Positions 1 through 10,881 of a stretch of DNA of 64,000 bases are shown piece after piece. The notes under the pieces are model-generated. The model was not told the DNA's origin and made no database searches. It saw only the letters and a program-made list of their open reading frames with translations. Source of the stretch: Octopus vulgaris (lineage: Eukaryota); assembly GCA_951406725.2 (NCBI GenBank), contig OX597820.1, forward strand, positions 72,292,001 to 72,356,000, given 5' to 3'. Each line of letters starts with the position of its first letter. Positions within the stretch are counted from its first letter, which is position 1. Both the position numbers and the translations under genes were made by a program.

Positions 1-213
1 GAAAAAAATCTTTGGTTATTTAAGCAACCAGTTAAACACATCTTTCAGTTTGAAAATGTCTACTTGAGGCTTGAAATTCATATCAGAGTAACTCACTGTA
101 AAAATTATTATAAAGATTAAAATAATAAATTATCCCCCACCCACTCAAAAGCTATCTCTACTCATTCTTTTAAAGATATATAATACTATACCAAGAACTT
201 TCTTTTTATTATT

Positions 214-273
<60 letters not shown>
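214..273. repeat. (CTA)n microsatellite
   Basis: About 20 perfect CTA units. Confidence 0.95.
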
Positions 274-274
<1 letters not shown>

Positions 275-345
275 ACACACACATAATCTTAATATATATA
301 CATATATAATCTCCCTCTCTTTCTCCCTCCCTCCCCCTCTCTCTC

Positions 346-1914
346 TCTATATAAAACTGAGAATGTGTCTGTTTGTCTGTGTGTTTCCCTAAAACTTGAG
401 AACTACACAACCAATTACATTCAAATTTTACACATGCCTTACTTAGGGTCTGGGGAGTGTTACTGGCAAAAACAATTTTTAACTTTTTGCCTAGGGCGAG
501 CCCACAGCAATATCATATCTTCTCCACTATGATTCCCTAAAACTTGAGAACTACACAACAAATTTCATTCAAATTTTACACATGCCTTACTTAGGGTCCA
601 TGTAGTTTCAGGGGCAAAACAAATATTCAACTTCTTGCCGAGGACGAGCCCATAGCAATATCATATCTTCTCCACTATTTCAGTATTACGTGTTAAAAGT
701 GAAACAAAATATTTCTCTATTTTATGTCAGATACTTTCACTTTAACAATAAAAATTAGAGATAATAATAACAATTGAATTATATGTAGTAAGTAGTAATT
801 AAAAATCAAACTAAATTAAATCGTAACATAACAATTAAAAGTAAAAATAGCAATTGCTATAAAATTGCATCAATGACTCGAACTTGAATAAGTGGTTTCA
901 CATGAATGGGAATAAATTAAAAATAATATTAGTGTGCAGAAATGGAATAGTCCAGATGGAGCTGTGCACATACCCTTTACCATGGCGTTTACATTAGATT
1001 ATCTGCTAATTAGCTAGCATTAAGTATCTATATGAAGTTTGGCTGTATGTAATGTCTGTTTTCTCTAACAGCCGCTTCTACTGAGTACTACTGTTGGTTT
1101 ATTTATTATACATAAAGGACTATAGCTTCAACTGCGTACTGCTTTTTGATTCACCGTAAGGTTTGTTGTTATTATTATTACTGTTTAACTATTGTTATCA
1201 CGTTTGTTGCTTCCTCGTAAGGGAAACGTTGTTGTGTTGCATTTGTTAAATAATTGTAAACCGTAACCCTCCCCCTTTGGGAGAAGAAGCTTTGGTTATT
1301 GTTTAAAAATTGAATTGTGTCCCTGTTTGGGGAAATTGACAATATTTTCACCGTTTATACGGAAGCATTTTTATTAAAATGCCTTCGATAGAAGAAAGTC
1401 CAAAAATGAATTTCACTGCAGCCGTCGGCGGACGCGAACTCATTAAAATTAAAATGGAAGAAATACAAACCTATTTCGGATTGATCACCGACAAAGATGG
1501 TGAATCTAGGATAACACCACTAAACGAAATAAAAAATAAAATTAAAGAAAAGACAATTGTCTATAAAGTATACAATGTAGAGAAGAAAAAAGATTTGAAC
1601 ACCTGGAAGAAAGCACCATCGAAAAGTGTCTTGGTACGACTATGAAAGATATGTAACCAGAGGTGGTAAATTCGCCACAATAGAAGCAAGGTTCGAGTCA
1701 ACGGAGCATGCAAGGGAGTACTCGACTCGAACCTTGCAAAGTGGAAATATTTTATTTTTACCTTTATATCTGGGATGTCGGACGTCCAGGATAAAAATTT
1801 AAAATGTCCCCCCAGAAGTAGAGGTAGGCTGGATTGTAGCCACACTTCTATACAAGAGGGAGGACAAGATACAATTGATTGAAATTGCAAGAGACGGGCC
1901 TACAATTCCGTCTC
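346..1914 (+). mobile_element. Non-autonomous Helitron-like composite element, copy 1
   Basis: Starts TCTATATAAAACTGAG. Internal 148-bp tandem duplication (units at 387 and 535). 346-960 and 1528-1600 are highly similar to 62569-63263. No canonical 3' CTAG found; a hairpin GAGACGG/CCGTCTC lies at 1891-1914. Confidence 0.6.
1379..1900 (+). pseudogene. Degraded LINE ORF1 (L1/Tx1-like) N-terminal fragment
   Basis: KEKTIVYKVYNVEKKK, then after a frameshift VTRGGKFATIEARFES...LPLYLGCRTSRIKI*NVPPEVEVGWIVA. Aligns by eye with the open ORF at 63440 (KRTIIYRVF...LTRGSKYGTVVVQFKS...LPTYLNRRITRVRVEGVPPNVEAEWIVA). Confidence 0.75.
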
Positions 1915-2801
1915 CTGCATTTTCAATATATAACAGACTGTTTTATATTTTGGGTATTGTTATCACTAGCGATATCAAGATATAACTTTGTATTTTGTAT
2001 TTTATGTGTAGATGTATATATATAGATGTACATGTAATATGTACACATATATCATCTACACATACACACACATAATCTTTATATATACACATATATAATC
2101 TCCCTCTCTTTCTCTCTCTCTCTATATATATATTATATATATACATATATATAATATATATATATATACATACACACACACATGTATATAATCTTTATAT
2201 ATACACATATATCATCTATACACACACACATAATATCTCTAAGTTTTGTCAGCTGAGATGACTATGATTCAGTGATGAGATCTAACAAAGTTGAAAAGTG
2301 CTTGTTACTTTTATTGGGTTGCCTTAAAAACAAGAATTACTCTTTAACAGAATTATTTTAATTTTTGTCATCACTGTTGTGGTGGTCATGGTAGTGATCA
2401 TTATCTTTTGCATGTTTTCCATGCTTCCATGGACTTGTCAAATCACCATGGCTAGAGTCAATATGTATTCAGAGGTGCTATCTATGTAGGTGGGTCAGGA
2501 CACCCATTCTTGCTAACATTGTATTTTTGGCTTAGATTTCCATAGCTGGACACTCTTCCTAACATCAACCACTTTACAAAGTTTACAAAAAGAAGTGGCA
2601 TGGCCTCTACAAGGCTAAAAGGTTCCCAAAATCTCCTCACACTTTACAGTGTGTATCAAGTAATTTTTATACCACCAACACTATAGAGATAGCCATGTGT
2701 AATCGACCTTGACTCAACCTTGTCTGTCTGCTTGCTCACCAGCCTTTTTACAGGGTGGGAAGTATGAGTGAAAGGAACCTGAATGTTAATGGTGAGAGAG
2801 T

Positions 2802-2834
<33 letters not shown>

Positions 2835-3017
2835 GTAGACAGGCAGATAGATAGATGAGTGATAAGAGGAGCAGAGATAGGGATGTTCTGGATTCTGAGG
2901 CTGTATGTTAATTCAAGATAATCCACCATGACTCAGATGGCAATGGCAGATAAGAAAAGTCTATGTGACCCAGGAAATAGAAAAATCTCAGAGATCTTTA
3001 CTCTCCAGAAATTCAGC

Positions 3018-3789
3018 ACAGGCGTGGTTGTGTGGTAAGAGATTTGCTTCCCATGTACATGGCTCTAGGTTCAGTCCCACTGCATGGCACTTTAGGTAAG
3101 TGTCTCCTACCAAGCCTCAGGTGGACCAAAGTCTTTTCAGTAGATTTGGTAGATGGAAACTGGGATCTTTTCTATTCTGAAGCCAGTTTTTTCAAATTTT
3201 TCCTACTGAACCAAACAATTTGAAACTTCGTATACTGGTAGAATGTGTCAAAAGTAAACTTAATTGTAAACCAGAATGAAAACGGAATTGTAACTTCTAA
3301 GTTTAACGTTGTTTAATAATTAGAATTTTAACCAATGATATTCCGTCATTCGGCTTTATTTTATTTACTCCGTCTCGACCACCAATTTCGTGACGTATTA
3401 AACAATGTAAACAAGCTATAGTCAGCCACCTTCTAATAACAAAAGTTTGTCTATGAAGTTACCGTCTAGGGGAAGCATTGATGTACATGTGTGTGTGTGT
3501 GTGTTTGATGGGGTGTGGGAGACAGTATGTTGTGTAAGTGAAGTGCTTCTGTTAGTGTGTGTGAAGAGACAGAGAGAGTAATGTGTGAAAGAGAGAGATA
3601 ACTGAAATTTTTTACTCGGTGTATGTGTATATGCCTGAATGTATGTGTGTATGTATCTGTGTATGTGTATGTATGTATGTATGTATGGCCGATTCAATGT
3701 AATTTTTTACACATACTTACACACACACACACACACACACATACATACACACACACATGCAGACATACATATACACATACACCGAGTAA

Positions 3790-3826
<37 letters not shown>

Positions 3827-4560
3827 TTTATAAAAATATGGTAAAGTAAAAAAATTACTTAACCACACACCGAGCTTTTTAGAAATAGCAGCCAAAAATT
3901 TCTCAACTGCAAGAAAAAGTCTCCCAGACAATGCATACTCAGAAATAATTCACATACGTATAAGAGAAAAACAACGAAAAATCACATGGATTCTCCGATA
4001 TATGTTATAAAAATATGGATTCTCCGATATAATTTATAAAAATATGGTAAAGTAAAAAAATTACTTTACCACACACAAAACTTTTTAGAAATAGCAGACG
4101 TCACAAAACTGCTTTCAACGTCACACTAACAGATCGCAGTAACGTTTTAGATATGAAAACAAGCAATCTCATTGGTTAAAATTCGCAGTTTTAATCTACG
4201 ATTAAAGTCATAAAATAGATTTTTCTCAAATAAACTAGTTCCAACTGGCGATTAAACTAGTTCCACTCTATGAGTACACAAAGTTTCAAATTATTTAGTT
4301 AACTAGAAAGATCTGGGGTCCTGGCCACAAATTTGAAAAGATCCGGAAACTGAAAAGAAGCCCATCGAATATATGTGTCTGGTGTTGGTGTATTTACGTC
4401 CCTGTAACTCTGTTTCAGCAAAAGAGACCAGCAGGATGTGTACAAGGCTTAGGAAAAACAGTACTGGGGTTAATGGTTGATTCATTTGACTAAAAGGTCT
4501 TCAAGGGAGTGCCCCAGTATGGCCACAGTCTAATGACTGAAACAAGAAAAATATAGAAAA
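3018..4560 (+). mobile_element. tRNA-derived SINE (family A) split by a DNA transposon
   Basis: Head 3018-3162 and remainder 4345-4560 match the intact copies at 16151 and 27920. Confidence 0.85.
3163..4344. mobile_element. Non-autonomous DNA transposon with 8-bp TSD (Merlin- or MULE-like)
   Basis: TIRs GGATCTTTTC / GAAAAGATCC; exact TSD GGAAACTG at 3155-3162 and 4345-4352. Superfamily assignment is tentative. Confidence 0.85.
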
Positions 4561-4619
4561 AAGCTCAAAGATTAACCGATATTAGTAAAGTTACCTCCCT
4601 TGCTCCTCGTGTTTAGATT

Positions 4620-4838
4620 TTAACCTTTTTACCACTTAACCATACCTGACCCCAATATTCTATCTGTTCAGACTGACCAGATCAAACCTCTCACACCGCC
4701 CCTACAATGTCATTCTAAAAAATAAACAATCACATCACTGAAATTTCAAAGCAACAAGAGAATGCAAGATTAATTTTTTTAAAAGGTGAACAAATAAACA
4801 TTACATTTGACAGAATAATTTGAATGTTAAAGGGATAA
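4620..4838. mobile_element. Decayed piggyBac-type MITE
   Basis: Ends TTAACCTTTT ... AAAGGGATAA, resembling TTAA-CCCTTT termini. Confidence 0.4.
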
Positions 4839-6080
4839 ATATTCACAAGAGGAAGCTTTTATCTTCTTATAAGGATAATCTCAGTAAACCAAAGTTTTTG
4901 CAACTCACTTCTATACATATATGAGACTACCATATGTGTATTTAGCACGCAGGATGCTCCCCAGAGCTATTTTCTCTCAGGCTTATTGTTGACACATCTT
5001 TTATTAGCATATTTCATAGTCTATTTCTGCCAAATTCTACTGCTTTCCTGTTAATTGTATATTTATATAAGATGCCTAAGACTTCCCCGTATTTTAATAA
5101 GATTTAGCTCAACCAACATCAGTTTAACATATATCAACATTTTAACTGCCTTAGATCGTCTTTTATTAATTTCTTCTAAATTCGTTATTTTGCCAAATAA
5201 TCAATATTTGGGTGTCTTTTTTTACCTGGTTTAAAGTTTTAGAAAATTAAGTAACATGTGTTTCTGAAAACCATAAATTCAAGATATAAAATTATACCTT
5301 TTAAATGTCTATATTCCGCTGCTCTGAGCCAAGTGTTGGAATTTCTGTGTGGTTTCTCAAGATACATAAAATAACAATGAATTCACTTCAAATTATACCA
5401 TTCATTCTCAGAAAGGATGTCATGTACTCCTAGGTACATAGTCTAAGAATAAGAGCGGATGGTCATGAATGGAATGCTTTGACTATGTATATATATGTAT
5501 ATGGATGTGTGTGTGTGTGTGGGTGTTTGTGTACCCTTAAATTGACTTCAAAAGATAGTTGTAAACAAGTCTCACTATTATATAGGCAATGTTTTTTTAT
5601 TCCTAGTTTTCTGAGGAAAACATGGGGAAATATTACTTTTCTTGGAAATAGGGGAGGGTTGCCGACAACCAGGGCACCAAACTTCAGAAAATCTGCCTCA
5701 ACAGATTCTATTTGACGCATGTAAATACTCAAAAGTGGATGATGAGGATTATGATGCTGACAACATATATGACTATGTATGTATGTATGTATGTATGTAT
5801 GTATGTATGTATGTATGTGTGTGTGTATGTATGTATGTATGTATGTATGTATGTATGTATGCATATGCATATGTGTATGTGTATGCATGTGTGTATGTGT
5901 ATGTCATTATTCAGTTTATTTCCAGATTTCTTGCCAATAGAGAAAGAACTGGTTTCTAACCTAGATCCAAGGATCCTTCATTGGAATTTCAACATTTCAA
6001 CATCAACAACAGGGTACTTTTGTTTGTATGTCTATCTGTCTGTCTGCCTGTCTGTATGTATGTATGTATGTATGTATGTA

Positions 6081-6119
<39 letters not shown>

Positions 6120-6171
6120 CCGTGAGAGTTAGAGGTTGGTAAGCCACAAAGGGATGGTATCTATCCAATAT

Positions 6172-7005
6172 ACTTTTATGTGGCACCAGCACTGGTTCAT
6201 TTTACATGGTCCCAGCACCAGGTAGTGCACCAAGTAACTTTTGAGACAATGACCTCTCAACTCAGAGAAGGAGTGGGCATGCAGGAAATTTTCTATATGC
6301 TTCCTTCTTAGCTTTTCTTCTCTCATTCAATCTTTAGTTTGTTATGATATTTAGTTTATGCCTGATGAATATGTTTGTGGTATTTCTCAACATATGAAAC
6401 TATTAGCATGCTGGTGGCACGTAAAAAGCACCCACTACACTCTCGAAGTGGTTGGCATTAGAAAGGGCATCCAGCAGTAGAAACCTTGCCAGATCAGATT
6501 GGAGCCTGGTGCAGCCCCCTGGCTTGGCACTCCTCAGTCAAACTGTCCAGCTCATGCCAGCATAGAAAGCAGACGTTAAACGATGATGATGATTATATAT
6601 TTAGTTAATAAGAGATGGAGGATGAAAGATATGAGAACTTTTATTAATCACTACAATATATATATATATATGATATACTGTCCTGTGATGGTAACATCAA
6701 CCAAAAACATACGCCATCTGGTGAGAGATAATTATTATTTAATTGACACTATGCATGTTTTTATGTGCCACTAAAAGTTTCATATGTTGAGAAATACCAC
6801 AAACATATTCATCAGGCATAAACTAAATATCATAACAAACTAAAGATTGAATGAGAGAAGAAAAGCTGAGAAGGAAGCATATAGAAAATTTCCTGCATGC
6901 CCACTCCTTCTCTGAGTTGAGAGGTCATTGTCTCAAAAGTTACTTGGTGCGCTACCTGGTGCTGGGACCATGTAAAACGAACCAGTGCTGGTGCCACATA
7001 AAAGT
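6172..7005. repeat. About 230-bp inverted duplication (6172-6400 / 6777-7005) containing a hammerhead-like motif
   Basis: Arms are near-identical reverse complements. The spacer holds an RTE 3' tail (6412-6593). Confidence 0.9.
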
Positions 7006-7218
7006 AGTCAGTATACTCTGTTAAGTGGTTGGCATTTTGGAAGTGTTTGGAAGGGAATCCAGCTATAGAAACCATGCCAAAACAGAGAAGGGAGCTTGGT
7101 GTAGTTCTATAGCTTGCCAACTCCTGTCAAGTTGTCCAACCCATGCCAGCATAGAAAACGGACGTTAAATGATGATGATAAAGAGGATGAAATATTTATA
7201 TATATACATATATACACA

Positions 7219-7530
7219 GTGAAGGTGCATAGCTCAGTGGTTAGAGTGACGGGCTCACAATCATGAGGTAGTGAGTTTGATTCCCGGACCAGGCTATTTG
7301 TTGTGTTATTGATCAAGACACTTTATTTCACATTGCTCCAGTTCACTCAGCTGTAGAAATGAGTTGCGATGTCACTGGTGCTAAGCCGTATTGGCCTTTG
7401 CCTTTCCCTTGGACAACATCAGTAATGTGGAAAGGGGAGGCTGGTATGCATGGGCGACTGCTGGTTTTCCATAAACAACCTTGACAAGACTTGTGCCTAG
7501 GAGGGTAACTTTCTAGATGCAATCCCACAG
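7219..7530 (+). mobile_element. tRNA-derived SINE (family B)
   Basis: A box TAGCTCAGTGG, B box GTTTGATTCC; second copy at 28646-28968. Confidence 0.85.
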
Positions 7531-7591
7531 GGGATTGATATAAAAGGGTAAAGACCAAAGAGGTCTTTACCCTTTTATATATATACTCACG

Positions 7592-7970
7592 TGGAGATGC
7601 GATGGCCCAATGGTTAGGGCAGTGGACTCGCGGTCGTGGGATAGCGGTTTCAATTCCCAGACCGGGCATTGTGTTTATTGATCAAAAACACTTAAAGCTC
7701 CATGAGGCTCTGGCAGGGGGTGGTGGTGAACCCTGCTGTACTCTTTCACCACAACTTTCTCCCACTCTTTCTTCCTGTTTCTGTTGTACCTGTATTTCAA
7801 AGGGCCAATCTTGTCACACTCTGTATCACACTGAATCTCCCCGACAACTACGTTAAAGGTACATGTGTTTGTGGAGTGCTCAGTCACTTGCACATTAATT
7901 TCACGAGCAGGCTGTTCCACTGATTGGATCAACTGGAACCCTCGTCATCATAATTGATGGAGTGCCGTAG
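7592..7970 (+). mobile_element. tRNA-derived SINE (distinct family)
   Basis: A box TGGCCCAATGG, B box GTTTCAATTCC, followed by about 300 bp of non-tRNA body. Confidence 0.7.
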
Positions 7971-8086
7971 TAATATATACACACACACATGCACTTAGAC
8001 ACACATATGGCATGTTTCTGCTCCATTTCTTTGTACCAAATAACACTCATAACTCATTGGTCATTCCAATGTTACAGTAAAAGATA

Positions 8087-8651
8087 TTGGGTTGTCCGGA
8101 AAGTTCATGTTGAATTTTAAAGGAAAGAAAAAGGTCAATAAATACTTGCCATTACATTTTTAATCAACTAAATATGAACCATTTTGTTGCACAATGCATC
8201 TCCATCTTTCCTTTAACTTGAAAATACCCACTTCCCAGAATTGAGGTGGTTTCATGGCAAAGAATTCATCAAGGTATCTTTTTACGTCATCCAAGGAATT
8301 GAAATTTTTACCATTAAGACTATTCTGCAGAGACCTGAATAAGCGGAAATCCGAAGGAGCAATATCTGGTGAATATGGAGGGTGGGGTAACACACCCCAG
8401 CTGAGCTGCAGCAATTTTTGTCTGGTTCCCAAAGCGTCAAGTGCTGAAAATGAACTTTCTTATCTTCCATTTTAAAGGGTTACAAAATTAACACAGATTA
8501 TAAGAACATAAATCTTCTTCCACGAAAAGATAGCTTAAACTGTGCTTTAAATGGAGATGTAGTCAAATCCTATTTTATGGACTCAACCATGTTCTAAAAT
8601 AAGTTAAAAGGTAAGCTACTATAAATTGGCATGAACATTCCAGAAACCCAA
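8087..8651 (-). mobile_element. Internally deleted mariner element
   Basis: TA-flanked TIRs TTGGGTTGTCCGGAAAGTTCATG / CATGAACATTCCAGAAACCCAA. Transposase N-terminus MEDKKVHF is joined directly to the C-terminus LPHPPYSPDIAPSDFRLFRSLQ. Confidence 0.92.
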
Positions 8652-9429
8652 TACTTATACGAAATACCACACCATAGAATTGAACCATGTATTTGTGAAG
8701 TGAAATTCGTTAAACAAAGCATAGTCTATAAGTTTTTTTCAATAAATAAATGTCACTGTTTAAAACACTGTGTCATCCTTTAATAGTTTGCCCCACAAAT
8801 AAAAAGAAAAAAAATTTCAAAGAAAAATAATACAAAATTGTTTTTACAAAAGACAAAAAAAAAGCAACGGAACATTTCAACAACAAAGCAATTTCAAGAA
8901 TGTCAAAGTTTAGCACCAAATATTAACTCAATCGTTGATCTATTCAAAAAATGCTTGTGTCTGCTAATAAGAAAATGTTAAGCTAGCTCTTCCGTCCAAT
9001 ATAAATGATACTTTTAATCACAGTATTCATGGTTATTTTTGTTTGAATAAAATTACTGTATTAAGGTTGAATACAATAGAAGTATGGATGTAGATCTCTA
9101 TTATGGAATAGGAGTTGAGAGACCAGAGATGAAGTGAAGAGAAAGTCGAATTAGTCAGGTCAACAGCTTAAGAACTGAAATTTTTTCTTTCAGAGTGAAC
9201 AAAATATCAATATTCTAATTTTACGCTGGATTTATTGTTTATATTTTTATTGTTTCATCACTGGACTGTGGCCATGCTGGTGCAGTACCATGAAGAGCTT
9301 AGTCAAACCTAGGCTTTTTACATCATTTCCTTTCGCTGAACAGCTAAATTACAGGGACATAAACAAACACTGATTGTCAAACAGCGGTGTAGTACAAACA
9401 CAAGTATAAACATGCACACACATACACAC

Positions 9430-9453
9430 ATATATATATATATATATGTATGT

Positions 9454-9535
<82 letters not shown>

Positions 9536-9536
9536 A

Positions 9537-9621
<85 letters not shown>
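9430..9621. repeat. Long (TA)n microsatellite
   Basis: About 190 bp of nearly pure TA. Confidence 0.95.
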
Positions 9622-9624
<3 letters not shown>

Positions 9625-9822
9625 CTTTACTACCCACAAGGGGCTAAACACTGAGGGAACAAACAAGGACAGACAAACGGATTAAGTCGATTATATCGAC
9701 CCCAGGACGTAACTGGTGCAAAAGGATGAAAGGCAAAGTCGACCTTGGCAGAATTTGAACTCAGAAGGTAGCGGCATACGAAATACTGCTCAGCATTTCG
9801 TCCAGCATGCTAACAATTCTGT
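9622..9822 (-). mobile_element. SINE (family C) fragment
   Basis: GAAAGGCAAAGTCGACC...GAATTTGAACTCAGAA core shared with 22540-22942, 22960-23620 and 49505-49718. Confidence 0.75.
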
Positions 9823-9884
9823 AATATATATATATATATATATGATATATATATATGTATATATATATATATATGTATATATAA

Positions 9885-10361
9885 TCGAAATCGATCAATG
9901 GAAATTGCGGATGTGTTACCAGTGCCGGTGGCATGTCGAAACTCTACTTGTGAAGACCCGTTGAGGCAAGTGAGGATCAGAATCGAAATCGATCAATGGA
10001 AATTGCAGATGTGTTACCAGTGCCGGTGGCATGTAAGAGAACTTTCCGTTTCGCGACCGTTGCCAGCACCGCCCCGTTTCGTGTCCGTTGCCAGCCTCGC
10101 CTGGCCCTCGTGCCGGTGGCACATAAAAAGCACCATCCGTTCGTGGCCGTTTGCCAGCTCTGTCTGGCACCAGTGCGGGTGGCACGTAAAAAGCACCCAC
10201 TACACTCACGGAGTGGTTGGCGTTAGGAAGGGCATCCAGCCGTAGAAACACTGCCAGATTTGACTGGGCCTGATGAAGCCTTCTGGCTTCACAGACCCCA
10301 GTAGAACCGTCCAAGCCATGCTAGCATGGAAAACGGACGCTAAACGATGATGATGATGATG

Positions 10362-10367
<6 letters not shown>
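9885..10367 (+). mobile_element. RTE LINE 3' UTR fragment with (ATG)n tail
   Basis: TGGCACGTAAAAAGCACC repeats, GTTAGGAAGGGCATCCAGC and (GAT)n tail; same family as the 3' end of the RTE at 10882-13210. Confidence 0.85.
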
Positions 10368-10404
<37 letters not shown>

Positions 10405-10407
10405 GAG

Positions 10408-10879
10408 TGTAATGGGTAAACTGTCGCCATCTTATATTTTTAATATCGTGCATGTGCATTACTTCTTTTTGATTTTGTCAATTACACTGTATAGTAGGGT
10501 CAGTTGGGCACCATCATTACTGTCAGACAATTTCTGCAATCATATCACCCCTAACATCTGGCCACCTAAGTCCCCAGACTGCAAACCCCTTGATTATTAT
10601 GTGTGGGGCACAGTTGAGTGGGAGACCAACAAAACTTCTTGTAACACCAAAGATGAACTGAAGGCATGGGTTATGGCAGCATTCACCAACTTAAACAAGG
10701 AGACTATCCAGAAGAGTTACAGCAGATTACAAAGTTGTCTGGAGGCCGTGGTTGAAGCCAATGGCGATTTTATTGAATAAATTTAGTCTTTAGTATTTCA
10801 AGATATTTTTTATGTAATTTTGGTAAATATGTTTGTTATTTTTGCAAAACTTAGATGACACTTTATTCACTACACCCTG
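10408..10879 (+). mobile_element. Internally deleted maT (DD37D) Tc1/mariner element
   Basis: NIWPPKSPDCKPLDYYVW...VEANGDFIE*; right end CACCCTG-TA; homologous to 13540-14233 and 46088-46943. Confidence 0.88.
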
Positions 10880-10881
10880 TA

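Noticed and set aside
1561-1890. 109-aa minus-strand ORF
   Set aside because: Antisense shadow of the plus-strand ORF1 remnant.
7219-7300. tRNA gene candidates (also 7592, 23745, 28646)
   Set aside because: No complete cloverleaf; most continue into SINE bodies.
8160-8432. SETMAR-like domesticated gene
   Set aside because: Lies within TIRs, has an internal deletion and no SET domain.
9349-9685. ORFs rich in YI/HT/CV repeats, here and throughout the window
   Set aside because: Translations of stop-free microsatellites, not genes.
10262-10300. CTGATGA followed by a hairpin (also about 30572-30605)
   Set aside because: No GAAA or stem III follows; it is a variant of the RTE tail hairpin.
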